A stretch of 14,793 nucleotides of DNA from UHGV virus genome UHGV-0120184; one strand, given 5' to 3'. Shown piece after piece: positions 1-8,112 of the stretch. Source of the stretch: a virus. How positions within the stretch are numbered: position 1 is the stretch's first letter; each line of letters opens with the position of its first letter. The translations under genes were made by a program, and so were the position numbers. The notes beneath the pieces were generated by a model. That model worked only from the letters and a program-made list of their open reading frames with translations. It was not told where the DNA came from and did not search any database.

Positions 1-2
1 CC

Positions 3-404
3 ATCAGCCCGGAAAAAGCCAGAGAACTCAAAACCGCCGGGATCAACGCCTGGCGGAACAGAATGGAATCAGCCAGTTATATTTTCAGCTTTAATGGCCG
101 TAACTGGGATTATGGAAAGGAAACACAGGATCGCCTTGGCCCATCAGTTATCGCAGCAAAAGAAGGCAATCTCCCGGAGAAGTTTTTCTGGACAGACGCA
201 GACAACAACGACGTCCCCATGACTGCGGAAGAACTGATTGCGCTGAGTGAAGCCGCGCAACAGGCAATGTTCGCGAAGGGAATGGAAATTCATGTGCGCC
301 AGCGCAACATGAAAAAAGAGATTGCAGAACTTCAGGATGCGGAGGCCATTCAGCGTTACGTTGTGGGCTGGCCCACAACGGAAGAACCCGCCACCGAAAG
401 ATGA
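3..404 (+). CDS. Phage tail-fibre-associated protein, 3' part (5' end lies outside the window). It resembles the DUF4376-type domain proteins found beside tail fibre/assembly genes of P2-like prophages.
   Basis: The frame of the 63..404 ORF stays open to the window edge (ISPEKARELKTAGINAWRNR precedes the first Met). Stop TGA is at 402-404. The gene sits directly next to the tail module. The family call is from memory and was not searched. Confidence 0.55.
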   Translation: MSPEKARELKTAGINAWRNRMESASYIFSFNGRNWDYGKETQDRLGPSVIAAKEGNLPEKFFWTDADNNDVPMTAEELIALSEAAQQAMFAKGMEIHVRQRNMKKEIAELQDAEAIQRYVVGWPTTEEPATER

Positions 405-407
405 ACA

Positions 408-440
408 GCAAAAACGCCCTGACACCAGGGCGTTATTATT
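408..440. terminator. Bidirectional rho-independent terminator between convergent operons
   Basis: A 9-bp perfect stem AACGCCCTG (413-421) / CAGGGCGTT (426-434) with loop ACAC. It is preceded by an A-run (gcaaaaa) and followed by ttattattt. It lies between the stop at 404 (+) and the gpU stop at 440 (-). Confidence 0.7.
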
Positions 441-913
441 TAAACCGGAATGGACAGATTATTCAGGGCACCTTTGACGTTATTCGCAAGATCACCAAGC
501 GACGAGGACTGAAGACGTTCACGCAGATCTTCATCCACACGCTCAAAAGTGACAGTAAACTCAATCTTTCTTGCCCGACCATAGCGATCAAGTTCAGAGC
601 GGGTGGTGTTAAGCCCGGTAATGACATACATCCCGTAAATCTGCCCTACCCCATCAATCAGCGGCCATGGTCGCCCGACGTAAGCCTGGCTGGTCAGTGC
701 GGTCAGGGAGACTTCACCGCCCGTAATTTCCGGGTAGAGCAAACCCGAAAGCGTGATGGTATCGTCACCCGCGCCGATATACTGCCAGCTGGCTGAGCGG
801 TTGATTCGCTCGTTCTTTACATGCCTCCAGTTACGGGACTGTTGTATTTGTTGGTATGGCAGTGTGCTTAACTGAAAAACAAACATGCCGTAAATCATCA
901 TCATAACCATCAC
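440..913 (-). CDS. U: Tail protein gpU (P2 gpU family)
   Basis: The translation shows gpU-like features: a Met cluster then G.FVF.L.TLPYQ at the N-terminus, ITLSG.LYPE.TGG, and WPLIDG.G.IYGMYVI. It starts 3 nt after the tape-measure stop (916-918). The exact ATG among 898-913 is uncertain. Confidence 0.9.
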   Translation of the reverse strand: MMVMMMIYGMFVFQLSTLPYQQIQQSRNWRHVKNERINRSASWQYIGAGDDTITLSGLLYPEITGGEVSLTALTSQAYVGRPWPLIDGVGQIYGMYVITGLNTTRSELDRYGRARKIEFTVTFERVDEDLRERLQSSSLGDLANNVKGALNNLSIPV

Positions 914-915
914 TC

Positions 916-3747
916 CTAATCACGATCGCGGAAACTGTTCATACCGCCGGATTGTCTGCGAATTTCTTCCCGTACCGCCTCCCCCACCATTCTGGCAAGG
1001 TCGCGAGGGTTCTGCGTAACCACGTTGTGAAGGTGAACATGAATATCACCACCGTACACAGGCGGCGGTTCAGGAGAGCGCGAAGGCCCCCGGGGTGTCG
1101 GGGACACCGGATCCCACCGCTTAACCTCCACAGGACGGGAAGAATCCGGGGAAACCGCCGGAGACACAGGCGAAAACGCTGGCATAAGCGGAAGCCCGGG
1201 TGCAACAGTCGGTTCATTCCACTGCCCGCGAACAGCCAGCGCACGGGGGAGATTTTTAAACACGATATCGCCAGGACCGATACGCTTGCGGGCTTCCTGA
1301 AGCATACCCGACGTATTACCCTCGATACCTTTGAGCCTGCGAAGAACGCCACTGGTGCCGTCGTTTATGACAGAAGGCTTGCCACCATTATTACCTTTAT
1401 CATTGCCATCAACTGGCTTAGCGGGCGAGATAATGGCATTAACATCCCCCTGAAGCAGGGAGAGCTTGCCCTGAAGAAGCGAAGCCCGCTGTGCATCCTC
1501 CAGTTTCCGGCGCGCCCTTTCAGCTTCATCAGGCAGCACGCCAAGCTTTTCCAGTACCCAGGCAAGTCCATCCATCAGCGCCTTCAGCGGCGTAAGCGCA
1601 AGCGATATCGCCCCACTAAGTACACGACCGAAGCTTTCTCCCGCAGACGTACACCGTTCAAGAGATTCGTTGCTGGCCTGAACAGGCGTGAGTAACCGGG
1701 TAAACCAGTCAAACACCGTGGACACCGCACCCGACACCAGATCAAACAACGGCGCAAACTGAGCAATACTTTCACGAACAGGCGCAAGGCCAGCCCACAG
1801 CGACCGGAATGTGCCGAGCATGAACGCCTTAACCTGTTCCCAGTGACGCCATATGAGCAGCGCCCCACCGGCAAGAGCAGCAATCACGAGACCAACAGGA
1901 CTGAGAAGACCGGAAAGCACCCCGCCCAGCACAGAAACCGCACCGGAGACCATCCCCCACAGTGCCGGAAGGCCGGACAGGCGAAGAGCAAGACCACCAA
2001 CACCGTTTGTAAGCGAGGATAGCCCGCCACCAAGAAGCGCAGAGCCAAGCTGAAGTTTTGCAAAAATCCCCGTCAGTAACCCACCTCCGACAGACAACGC
2101 ACCAATGGCCGTTGTGGCCGCAAGCACGCCACCCACGGTAAGGGTCAGCGTGCGTACAAGCTGCGGGTTTTCCTGAACCCACGACCTGAAGCGTTCACCC
2201 ACAGAAGCAACAGCCTGTACAAGCTCGCGGATATCATCAGTAACCAGCGACACAACATCACTGCGAATACCGGAGAAAATGCCGGACAGACGATCGGTGT
2301 CGCCGCCGAGGTTGTCACGCAGAACATCCCCCATTCGCCGGGCGGTTCCCTGAACCAGCCCCATACGGTCAGATACCGTTGCAAGCGACCGGAGAAAATC
2401 CGGGATCTGGTCAACAGCCAGATCTTCAATGGGTGTGCCGAACAGCGCTATCGCCGCATTGGCCCGTTCTGCAGGATCCTGAATCTGTAACAGACCTGAC
2501 GCGGTGCGACGCATCGCTTCACGCGCGGCCGCGCCGCCACTGGCGATCGCTGACGACATTCTTTCAGCGTTAAGGCCAATCAGCTCATAGGCTTCAACGC
2601 TGGATTTGGACATATCCGAGCCGCGAATACTGAATTCTTTGACAGCATCGCCGGTTTTATCCAGGGCGAATTTCCCCTGCTGCGCCATGCTGACAAGCAG
2701 CGTCATGGTTTCAGAGCCGGATAGCCCCATATTGCGGAAATGCGTGGAATACTCATGCAGAATTTCAGGAAGTTCGCCGCGCATTTCGGCAGACATTTTC
2801 TGCATCCCTGCCGCCATCAGGTCGACGGCCTCACCTGCATTTGCGGCAAGCCCGTTTTTCAGCATAATGCCAGCAGCCTGAACCTGTTCAGCCACATTAC
2901 CGCCGGTGACCTGAGCAAGATCGATTGCCTGCCGTGTCACCCTTTCCAGTTCTTCAGTCCCTACGGTACCCAGTGCGCCAAGCGTGCTTTGCGCCGCAGC
3001 TGCTGCTTCCGAAATCATCGCGATATCCGTGGCCGCACCTGACGCACGGATGCTCTGAATCATACGGCTGTAGCGCTGGCCGTCTTCTGCGCTGCCGCCA
3101 CTCTGTGCCGCAATGAGCGCACCCTGCCGTTGCTCTTCAACAACAGGTGCAACCGCGCGACCGGCAGCATACAGACCGGCACTGCCAGCCGCCATGGCAA
3201 CAGCACCGCGCTGACTGAGCTTACCGGCAATATCCTGAACACGGTCATAGCGTTGCTGCGCCTGCGTGACGCGTGCAAGCTGGCCCCGCTGGCGTTCGAG
3301 CTGATCGTTGTATTCCTGCGTCCGCCTGATTGCCCTCTCGACCGCACGGTTACTTCCGTCCGCCCGTATACCGTGAGATTCCAGTTCGCGACTGGCTTCG
3401 CTAAGTCGGGATTTGTGGAGGGAATAAACCGTATTAAGGCGATCAATCTTCACAGTCAGCGAGCGTATAGCTTCCTGCTGTTTTTCCGTTAGTGTTGTGC
3501 CTGTACGCTGGGCCTCCTGGAGGCGCTGAAGTCGCGCACGCGCCTCGTTCAGACTGTTTTCAGTCGAGGTCACCTGCTGGCGGGCACGGGAAAACGCATC
3601 ACTGCTTCGCTGGAGTGACTTAAGAGCGTTCTGCGTGGAGGAAAGAGATTCGGAAAGCGCGCCGGTCATTTCCCGGGCGCGCCTGACGGGTTGAGTGAGA
3701 CGGTCGACCGCAGTAAGGGCTACACGTATCTGGAGATTATTACTCAT
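916..3747 (-). CDS. T: Tail tape measure protein (P2 gpT family), 943 aa from Met19 of the 961-codon ORF
   Basis: This is the longest ORF. It has a helical, Q/R/E-rich N-terminal half, Gly/Ala/Leu hydrophobic segments in the middle, and a position between E/E+E' and U. I prefer ATG 3747-3745 (MSNNLQIRV...) because the E+E' stop overlaps it as ATGAGTAA. Confidence 0.9.
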   Translation of the reverse strand: MSNNLQIRVALTAVDRLTQPVRRAREMTGALSESLSSTQNALKSLQRSSDAFSRARQQVTSTENSLNEARARLQRLQEAQRTGTTLTEKQQEAIRSLTVKIDRLNTVYSLHKSRLSEASRELESHGIRADGSNRAVERAIRRTQEYNDQLERQRGQLARVTQAQQRYDRVQDIAGKLSQRGAVAMAAGSAGLYAAGRAVAPVVEEQRQGALIAAQSGGSAEDGQRYSRMIQSIRASGAATDIAMISEAAAAAQSTLGALGTVGTEELERVTRQAIDLAQVTGGNVAEQVQAAGIMLKNGLAANAGEAVDLMAAGMQKMSAEMRGELPEILHEYSTHFRNMGLSGSETMTLLVSMAQQGKFALDKTGDAVKEFSIRGSDMSKSSVEAYELIGLNAERMSSAIASGGAAAREAMRRTASGLLQIQDPAERANAAIALFGTPIEDLAVDQIPDFLRSLATVSDRMGLVQGTARRMGDVLRDNLGGDTDRLSGIFSGIRSDVVSLVTDDIRELVQAVASVGERFRSWVQENPQLVRTLTLTVGGVLAATTAIGALSVGGGLLTGIFAKLQLGSALLGGGLSSLTNGVGGLALRLSGLPALWGMVSGAVSVLGGVLSGLLSPVGLVIAALAGGALLIWRHWEQVKAFMLGTFRSLWAGLAPVRESIAQFAPLFDLVSGAVSTVFDWFTRLLTPVQASNESLERCTSAGESFGRVLSGAISLALTPLKALMDGLAWVLEKLGVLPDEAERARRKLEDAQRASLLQGKLSLLQGDVNAIISPAKPVDGNDKGNNGGKPSVINDGTSGVLRRLKGIEGNTSGMLQEARKRIGPGDIVFKNLPRALAVRGQWNEPTVAPGLPLMPAFSPVSPAVSPDSSRPVEVKRWDPVSPTPRGPSRSPEPPPVYGGDIHVHLHNVVTQNPRDLARMVGEAVREEIRRQSGGMNSFRDRD

Positions 3748-4275
3748 CGTTATGATTCCCGGTTCTGACGGCCGCCCGTTCTCGCCAGGCAACCAGTTCA
3801 CCGGGAGTCATCACAAAGATTTCAGAGGGCGACCAGTGAAATACAACGGCTATATCAGCGACAATATCTTCAACGTAATCAAAAGCAAGAAGCGTTACGC
3901 GCCGCCCGCCTCCTGCGCCTTCTTCGCTGACGAGGGAAGCAAAAAACCGACTGCCACCTCGTACAGTTTAAAGAAGTCTTCCGGGCACATTGACATAAGT
4001 GCCGCGCGGCTGAGGTGAGGTTCAGTTACGCGTTCCAGAAAAATGGCGGCAGCATCAACATCGGTGTTGAACAGGTCCGTCATGCGGATCCCTCGAAGCG
4101 AGCCCACCTGACGCGCAAGCGCCCCAATCTTCACGCTGGAAACCGTCTTATTACCGCAGACAACAGGAACCCTGAGATTAACCGTGTCATTTGCGATCGC
4201 CTCTGCGTTTTCCGTGTCGCCATTCGTCACAGCATCTGTGTCATTCGTCACGATATTTTCTTCAGTCTGATCCAT
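3740..4275 (-). CDS. E+E': Tail assembly chaperone gpE+E', a -1 frameshift fusion product (about 178 aa: 112 zero-frame codons plus 66 codons in the -1 frame)
   Basis: After the slip at 3946-3940, the -1 frame stays open for 66 codons (..FASLVSEEGAGGGRRVTLLAFDYVEDIVADIAVVFHWSPSEIFVMTPGELVAWRERAAVRTGNHNDE). It ends at TAA 3742-3740, which overlaps the T start codon. Confidence 0.8.
3895..4275 (-). CDS. E: Tail assembly chaperone gpE (zero-frame product), 126 aa
   Basis: The ORF lies between the tube gene and the tape-measure gene. GGGAG sits 8 nt upstream of ATG 4275. The slippery heptamer lies near its 3' end, as in P2 E. Confidence 0.85.
   Translation of the reverse strand: MDQTEENIVTNDTDAVTNGDTENAEAIANDTVNLRVPVVCGNKTVSSVKIGALARQVGSLRGIRMTDLFNTDVDAAAIFLERVTEPHLSRAALMSMCPEDFFKLYEVAVGFLLPSSAKKAQEAGGA
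3940..3946 (-). promoter_or_regulatory. Programmed -1 ribosomal frameshift slippery heptamer T TTT TTG
   Basis: The minus strand reads GGT TTT TTG in the E frame (plus strand caaaaaa at 3940-3946). This is the heptamer known from the P2 E/E+E' chaperone pair. Confidence 0.8.
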
Positions 4276-4326
4276 TATTTTTCTCCCGGGGCAACAGGAC
4301 GCCGCCCCTGTTATCAGATTTAACTA

Positions 4327-4839
4327 TCAGCCAAGCCCCAGCATGGAGCGGGTGCGGTCAGGAAGAACATCCTTACCATCAATGCGCCAGATGAAGTTCA
4401 GCACGTCGATTTCAATAACATCGCTGTTATCAACGCTGAGCTTGTACCAGGTGCATTTCATCGCATAGGTATGTTCGGTATCTTCACCCTGTTTGGCCTC
4501 GCCCTTGTCGATTTCGACAATGCGACCACGGGCTTCAATATCGACGTACTCAATCCCTTCTTCGGAATAGTATTCACCCGAGAAGCGAACACGCACGGCA
4601 TCAATACCGGCGGCGTATTTGGCAAAGATGTGACGATCGACGCCACCAACCGCAAAGGAGAGATCCAGTGCACCATCATCAAGACCGAGATCCACCGACG
4701 CAGAGCCTGGCATCCCCGCCCCGCGATACGACTCTGTTTTACGGGTCAGTTTTGGCGGGGTAAAAGACGCCACCTTGCCCAGCTTGTTGTCACCGTCCAC
4801 AAAGACGGTAAACACACGAAGTTTTTTTGGTACGGCCAT
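4327..4839 (-). CDS. FII: Major tail tube protein gpFII
   Basis: A 170-aa ORF (MAVPKKLRVFTVFVDG...) with typical P2 FII size and position. Its ATG overlaps the sheath stop as TAATG at 4837-4841. Confidence 0.9.
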   Translation of the reverse strand: MAVPKKLRVFTVFVDGDNKLGKVASFTPPKLTRKTESYRGAGMPGSASVDLGLDDGALDLSFAVGGVDRHIFAKYAAGIDAVRVRFSGEYYSEEGIEYVDIEARGRIVEIDKGEAKQGEDTEHTYAMKCTWYKLSVDNSDVIEIDVLNFIWRIDGKDVLPDRTRSMLGLG

Positions 4840-6032
4840 TAGCTACCTCCAAGAGATGCAAAAGCAGAGCCAAAGAACTCGTCGGTAAACGTCTGATAGA
4901 GTTCCATACACTCCATCGGCGGAACAGGCGTGTATTTGTAGCGAATACGCACAATGCCCTGACGAAGACTGGTTGTGCCGTTGTCGATGATATCGAACCA
5001 GCACTCAGCCCCGATGAGTTTTCCGGCTGTCACCAGTGCATCCAGCTTTGCCTTGATAGCGCTCACGGCATCCTTAGCATTGGCAGGCGTAAGCGGTGAA
5101 TCCACTATCTGAAGTTGCGCCTCCGCAATGGTGTCAGCCAGTTGCTGCGCCGTACGTGTGTACACCTCAAAGATGTACTCCGCAGTTTCCGGCGTACGGT
5201 TACCCCAGAAACGGAAGGAGCCGTCGCCCTGGTGAATAAGAGTGGTCACCTCGCTATTGTTCAGCGTGTTGGCATCGCTGTTTTCATCCTGAAGTGACCA
5301 GGAAACAGACGCTGACACCCCAAGAACATTTTTCACAGGCATGTTAGAAAGGGAGCGATGCCAGCCCTGTTCATGGTCGAGTCGGGCACGAAGACCGCAC
5401 GCATACGCCGCAGCCGGGAAGGTTTCGTTTTTACCGGACACCGGGTTGAACGCAATGAAATCAGGCCACAGAAGCATGATTTCGCGACCGGAAATCTTTT
5501 TACGGAACGCAATAGCATCGGACGGTTTTGTGCAGCCAGGGCAGCCGGAATACGCAAATGCGCGCATTTTTCCGGCAACAGTCACCAGTGCAGCCGTGAC
5601 AGCATCCGATTCAAGGCCCGGAGCGGCAAGAATGCGGGGTCGGTAACCAATACCTTCCATCTGTTCGGCAACCAGAAGCGCCTGCATACCGCTGTAGCTT
5701 CCGTCTTCTTCCGTGGTACCAATGACCAGTTGATCCTGTGTTTTATTCTCAGCCCCCTCTTTTGCCGCCTCCACGCGAACGACAATCACCCGTGTACTGA
5801 CCTGGTCAGATATCGCTTTAAGGGCCTTATAAAGCGTGCCCGCTTTCCCGGCCTTCCCCAGAACAGAAGATACACGGGTAATCAGCACAGGCTTGTTAAG
5901 GGGGAACTGCCCGGTATCCGCATCATCTGCAACGGCAACAATACCAATGACGCTGGAATCAACGTCATTAATGGCCGTCACAAGGTCGGTATTCTCCGTG
6001 ACGCGCACACCGTGAAATCGTTTTTCAGCCAT
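4839..6032 (-). CDS. FI: Contractile tail sheath protein gpFI (397 aa from MAEKRFHGVRVTE)
   Basis: Strong resemblance to P2 FI: HGV.V.E near the N-terminus, FPLNKPVLIT, GW H.SLSN, TTLI...G.FRFWGNRT, YTRTAQ, and Y.YTPVPP near the C-terminus. I prefer the internal ATG 6032 over 6044, based on GGTGA upstream and alignment to the P2 N-terminus. Confidence 0.92.
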   Translation of the reverse strand: MAEKRFHGVRVTENTDLVTAINDVDSSVIGIVAVADDADTGQFPLNKPVLITRVSSVLGKAGKAGTLYKALKAISDQVSTRVIVVRVEAAKEGAENKTQDQLVIGTTEEDGSYSGMQALLVAEQMEGIGYRPRILAAPGLESDAVTAALVTVAGKMRAFAYSGCPGCTKPSDAIAFRKKISGREIMLLWPDFIAFNPVSGKNETFPAAAYACGLRARLDHEQGWHRSLSNMPVKNVLGVSASVSWSLQDENSDANTLNNSEVTTLIHQGDGSFRFWGNRTPETAEYIFEVYTRTAQQLADTIAEAQLQIVDSPLTPANAKDAVSAIKAKLDALVTAGKLIGAECWFDIIDNGTTSLRQGIVRIRYKYTPVPPMECMELYQTFTDEFFGSAFASLGGS

Positions 6033-6084
6033 ACGATTCACCATCAGTTGTGTTTATGCTCGCCTGAATAATCCACCATTGGCG

Positions 6085-6125
6085 CACAGCCCTCACCTGA
6101 TGCGGGCTGTGGGGATTTTTTTACA
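6085..6125. promoter_or_regulatory. Divergent late-promoter region: a TGT-N12-ACA dyad (6108-6125) overlapping a GC-rich hairpin plus T7 run
   Basis: TGT(6108-6110)-ggggattttttt-ACA(6123-6125) matches the dyad reported for Ogr-dependent P2 late promoters. It sits between the divergent FI (start 6032) and D (start 6186) genes. The same DNA forms the stem CACAGCCC (6085-6092) / GGGCTGTG (6104-6111), followed by ggga and TTTTTTT (6116-6122). Confidence 0.4.
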
Positions 6126-6185
6126 ACAGAGCCGGACAGAAACGACAAGGTACGCGTGGGATGATACGCACACGGGAGGGATATC

Positions 6186-7331
6186 ATGAGCATCACTGAA
6201 TCAGTAACACATCACATCAACAGCGCACTGGATGCAGCGGAAGATACCGTTAGGGTGCCAGACTTCACTATCACACTGGAAGGGAAAGATGCCAGCCTGA
6301 AGAACATCACGCAGCGCATCATGAGCCTGACCATGACAGACAACAGGGGTTTTGAGGCTGACAGGGTGACACTGGAAATCGACGACGCCGACGGCGGGGT
6401 GGTACTTCCGGAGCGCGGAACACGATTATCGCTGGCGATGGGATGGAAAGGTGAAAGCCTCACTCGCAAGGGGGCGTTTGTGGTGGACGAAGTGAGCCAC
6501 GAAGGTCCGCCGGATAAGCTGACCATATCCGCGAACAGTGCGGATTTTCGCGAAGAGTTTAACGTGAAACGCGAAGTCTCCTGGCATGACGTGACCGTTG
6601 AGCGTGTGGTATCTGCCATCGCGCACCGTTACGGACTGAAAGCACAAATCAGCGAAATGCTGATGAATATCGAAATCGACCATGCAGACCAGACAGAGGA
6701 AAGCGACATCTCGTTCCTCACGCGTATGGCTGACATGCTGGGTGCAATAACCACCGTAAAAAACGGGTGCCTGCTGTTCATTCTGCCGGGTGGCGGTGTG
6801 ACAGCCAGCGGGCGCGCCCTCCCCTCATTCGCCCTGACCCGCTCGGATGGCGACAGTCATCGCTTTCGCATTGCTGACAGAAAAGCCTATACCGGAGTGA
6901 AAGCTTACTGGCTGGATTTAAAGTTCGGCCAGAAGAAGGCCGTGAACGTGAAAAAGCGAAACGCGAAAACCACACAGAAGCCGGAGAAAAGCAGTTCACG
7001 GGAGGGTGGATACATGGAAGGCGCAGAAGGCAATGTGTATGTGCTGAGAAAAACCTACCCGAACGAAGAAGCCGCGCGTCGCGCAGCTGCCGCACGCTGG
7101 CAGCAACTTCAGCGGGGTGCAGCAGAATTCAGCATCACGCTGGCGCGCGGACGCGCCGACCTGTATCCGGAGATGCACGGCACGGTATCCGGGTTCAAGA
7201 GCGACATTGACAATCAGGACTGGATTATTTCGCGCATTGAGCACGTCATCGACGACAGCGGCTTCACCACCAGACTGGAGCTGGAAGCAAAAATCGCAGA
7301 CTGGATAGCAGAGCGCGCCACGACTGGCTAG
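6186..7331 (+). CDS. D: Phage late control/tail protein gpD
   Basis: A 381-aa ORF with GGGAGGG upstream. It contains the P2 gpD motifs LTMTDNRGFEAD, GWKG, F.VDEV.H.G.PD...I.A.SADF, SWHD, VTASG, ITRSDGD.H.F.IADR.AYTGV.A.W, QRG.AEFSI.LA.GRAD.Y and SGFK..ID.QDW.I..V.H...SGFTT.LELE. Confidence 0.93.
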   Translation: MSITESVTHHINSALDAAEDTVRVPDFTITLEGKDASLKNITQRIMSLTMTDNRGFEADRVTLEIDDADGGVVLPERGTRLSLAMGWKGESLTRKGAFVVDEVSHEGPPDKLTISANSADFREEFNVKREVSWHDVTVERVVSAIAHRYGLKAQISEMLMNIEIDHADQTEESDISFLTRMADMLGAITTVKNGCLLFILPGGGVTASGRALPSFALTRSDGDSHRFRIADRKAYTGVKAYWLDLKFGQKKAVNVKKRNAKTTQKPEKSSSREGGYMEGAEGNVYVLRKTYPNEEAARRAAAARWQQLQRGAAEFSITLARGRADLYPEMHGTVSGFKSDIDNQDWIISRIEHVIDDSGFTTRLELEAKIADWIAERATTG

Positions 7332-7372
7332 AATGAGCGCGAGCCCACCCCGTTTCAGCCAGGGGGACCATC

Positions 7373-7675
7373 ATGCATCCTTGCCCATACTGCGGAGCAA
7401 GTACCCGCACCAGAACAAGCCGCGACGCCAACGATACAGGAACAATCAGGGAGAAATATTACCAGTGCAACAACATTGAATGCAGCGCCACCTTTGTGAC
7501 GCACGAGTTTGTCGTGAGAACCGTATGCCGTCCGCAACCCACCGAAGAACGGGGAGTCGTCCCCGCAGACGCTTTCAAATCATGCCACCGGGGAAGGGAT
7601 CAACTCAGCCTCCCCCTGGGCGATTGCGCCTCCCAGTCAAAAACTGTACATTACGCGCGGGTGCCTTTCGGCTGA
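7373..7675 (+). CDS. ogr: Ogr/Delta-type zinc-finger late transcription activator, with a C-terminal extension relative to the ~72-aa P2 Ogr
   Basis: MHPCPYCG...(22 residues)...CNNIECSATF reproduces the CxxC-N22-CxxxxC Ogr finger (P2: CPLCQ...CQNVNCSATF). GGGGGA lies upstream of the ATG. The gene follows gpD directly, as in P2. Confidence 0.88.
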   Translation: MHPCPYCGASTRTRTSRDANDTGTIREKYYQCNNIECSATFVTHEFVVRTVCRPQPTEERGVVPADAFKSCHRGRDQLSLPLGDCASQSKTVHYARVPFG

Positions 7676-7805
7676 CGGCTGGAAGGATTACCTGAAGGCC
7701 GGATGTGGAAAGGCCCCGGAAAACATCTCTGTTTAGCCGAGGCCCTAATCTACATATCTTTAGCAAGTAGAAGGTTAGCGCCTCTTTGAAAAAGGAGCAA
7801 GCGCT

Positions 7806-7946
7806 ATGCCGCAAAAAACGATCATCGTGAGCATTTTATGCTTAACCATGTTGTTGACCGTCTGGATGATACATCGTTCACCATGTGAATTCAGACTTAA
7901 CATCATGTGGTCAGAATTTGCGGCGTTCTTGCAGTGTAAACCGTAA
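7806..7946 (+). CDS. Hok/Gef/PndA-family type I toxin-like small membrane peptide (46 aa), below the ORF-track length threshold
   Basis: The translation is MPQKTIIVSILCLTMLLTVWMIHRSPCEFRLNIMWSEFAAFLQCKP. AGGAG lies 8 nt upstream. It has an N-terminal TM helix followed by S.CE.R and ..AAF. Compare PndA (MPQRT...VWMVRDSLCGLRL) and Hok ([21 protein letters not shown]), both recalled from memory. Confidence 0.7.
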   Translation: MPQKTIIVSILCLTMLLTVWMIHRSPCEFRLNIMWSEFAAFLQCKP

Positions 7947-8041
7947 GAAACCGCAGCGGGGGTGAAAGCCCCCGCTATCCGGTTGCCGAAGGTTCGGTCG
8001 AAAGCCGCACCCGTGCATGCAAGTGACAAAGAAAAAACAAA

Positions 8042-8071
8042 GCCCGCAGCGTAAAAACTGCGGGCTTTTTT
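8042..8071 (+). terminator. Rho-independent terminator closing the hok-like transcription unit
   Basis: Stem GCCCGCAG (8042-8049) / CTGCGGGC (8058-8065) with an 8-nt loop, followed by TTTTTT (8066-8071). The A-rich run upstream (8031-8041) could let it work on the minus strand too. Confidence 0.75.
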
Positions 8072-8112
8072 ATTCACATACCGAAGGTGTGGTAACTGCC
8101 TGGGTTCAGACC

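Noticed and set aside
401-796. A 131-aa plus-strand ORF.
   Set aside because: It is antisense to the clearly homologous gpU gene, and its start overlaps the bidirectional terminator.
939-3492. Many 60-250-codon ORFs on both strands inside the tape-measure gene, e.g. 952..1695 (+), 1829..2182 (-) and 3130..3492 (+).
   Set aside because: All are nested in, or antisense to, a well-supported 943-aa tape-measure CDS. Their Arg/Pro/Cys-rich compositions are typical of off-frame translation of G+C-rich coding DNA.
3748-3801. An 18-codon N-terminal extension of the tape-measure ORF, and a 4-codon extension of the sheath ORF (6033-6044).
   Set aside because: For T, the extension overlaps the E' coding frame, and the internal ATG sits in the ATGAGTAA stop/start junction. 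For FI, alignment to the P2 N-terminus and the upstream GGTGA favour ATG 6032.
5358-6071. A 237-aa plus-strand ORF, plus the other ORFs at 5115-5785.
   Set aside because: They are antisense to, or off-frame within, the tail sheath gene.
405-6185. The tail module as an invertible (switchable) segment.
   Set aside because: No inverted repeats are detectable at the two junctions, and no invertase gene is visible in the window. I report it only as a fixed rearrangement.
7775-8077. A 100-aa minus-strand ORF, plus 7605..7814 (-) and 7480..7695 (+).
   Set aside because: They overlap the hok-like ORF, its hairpins and its terminator, or overlap ogr. None has an SD or a recognisable family.
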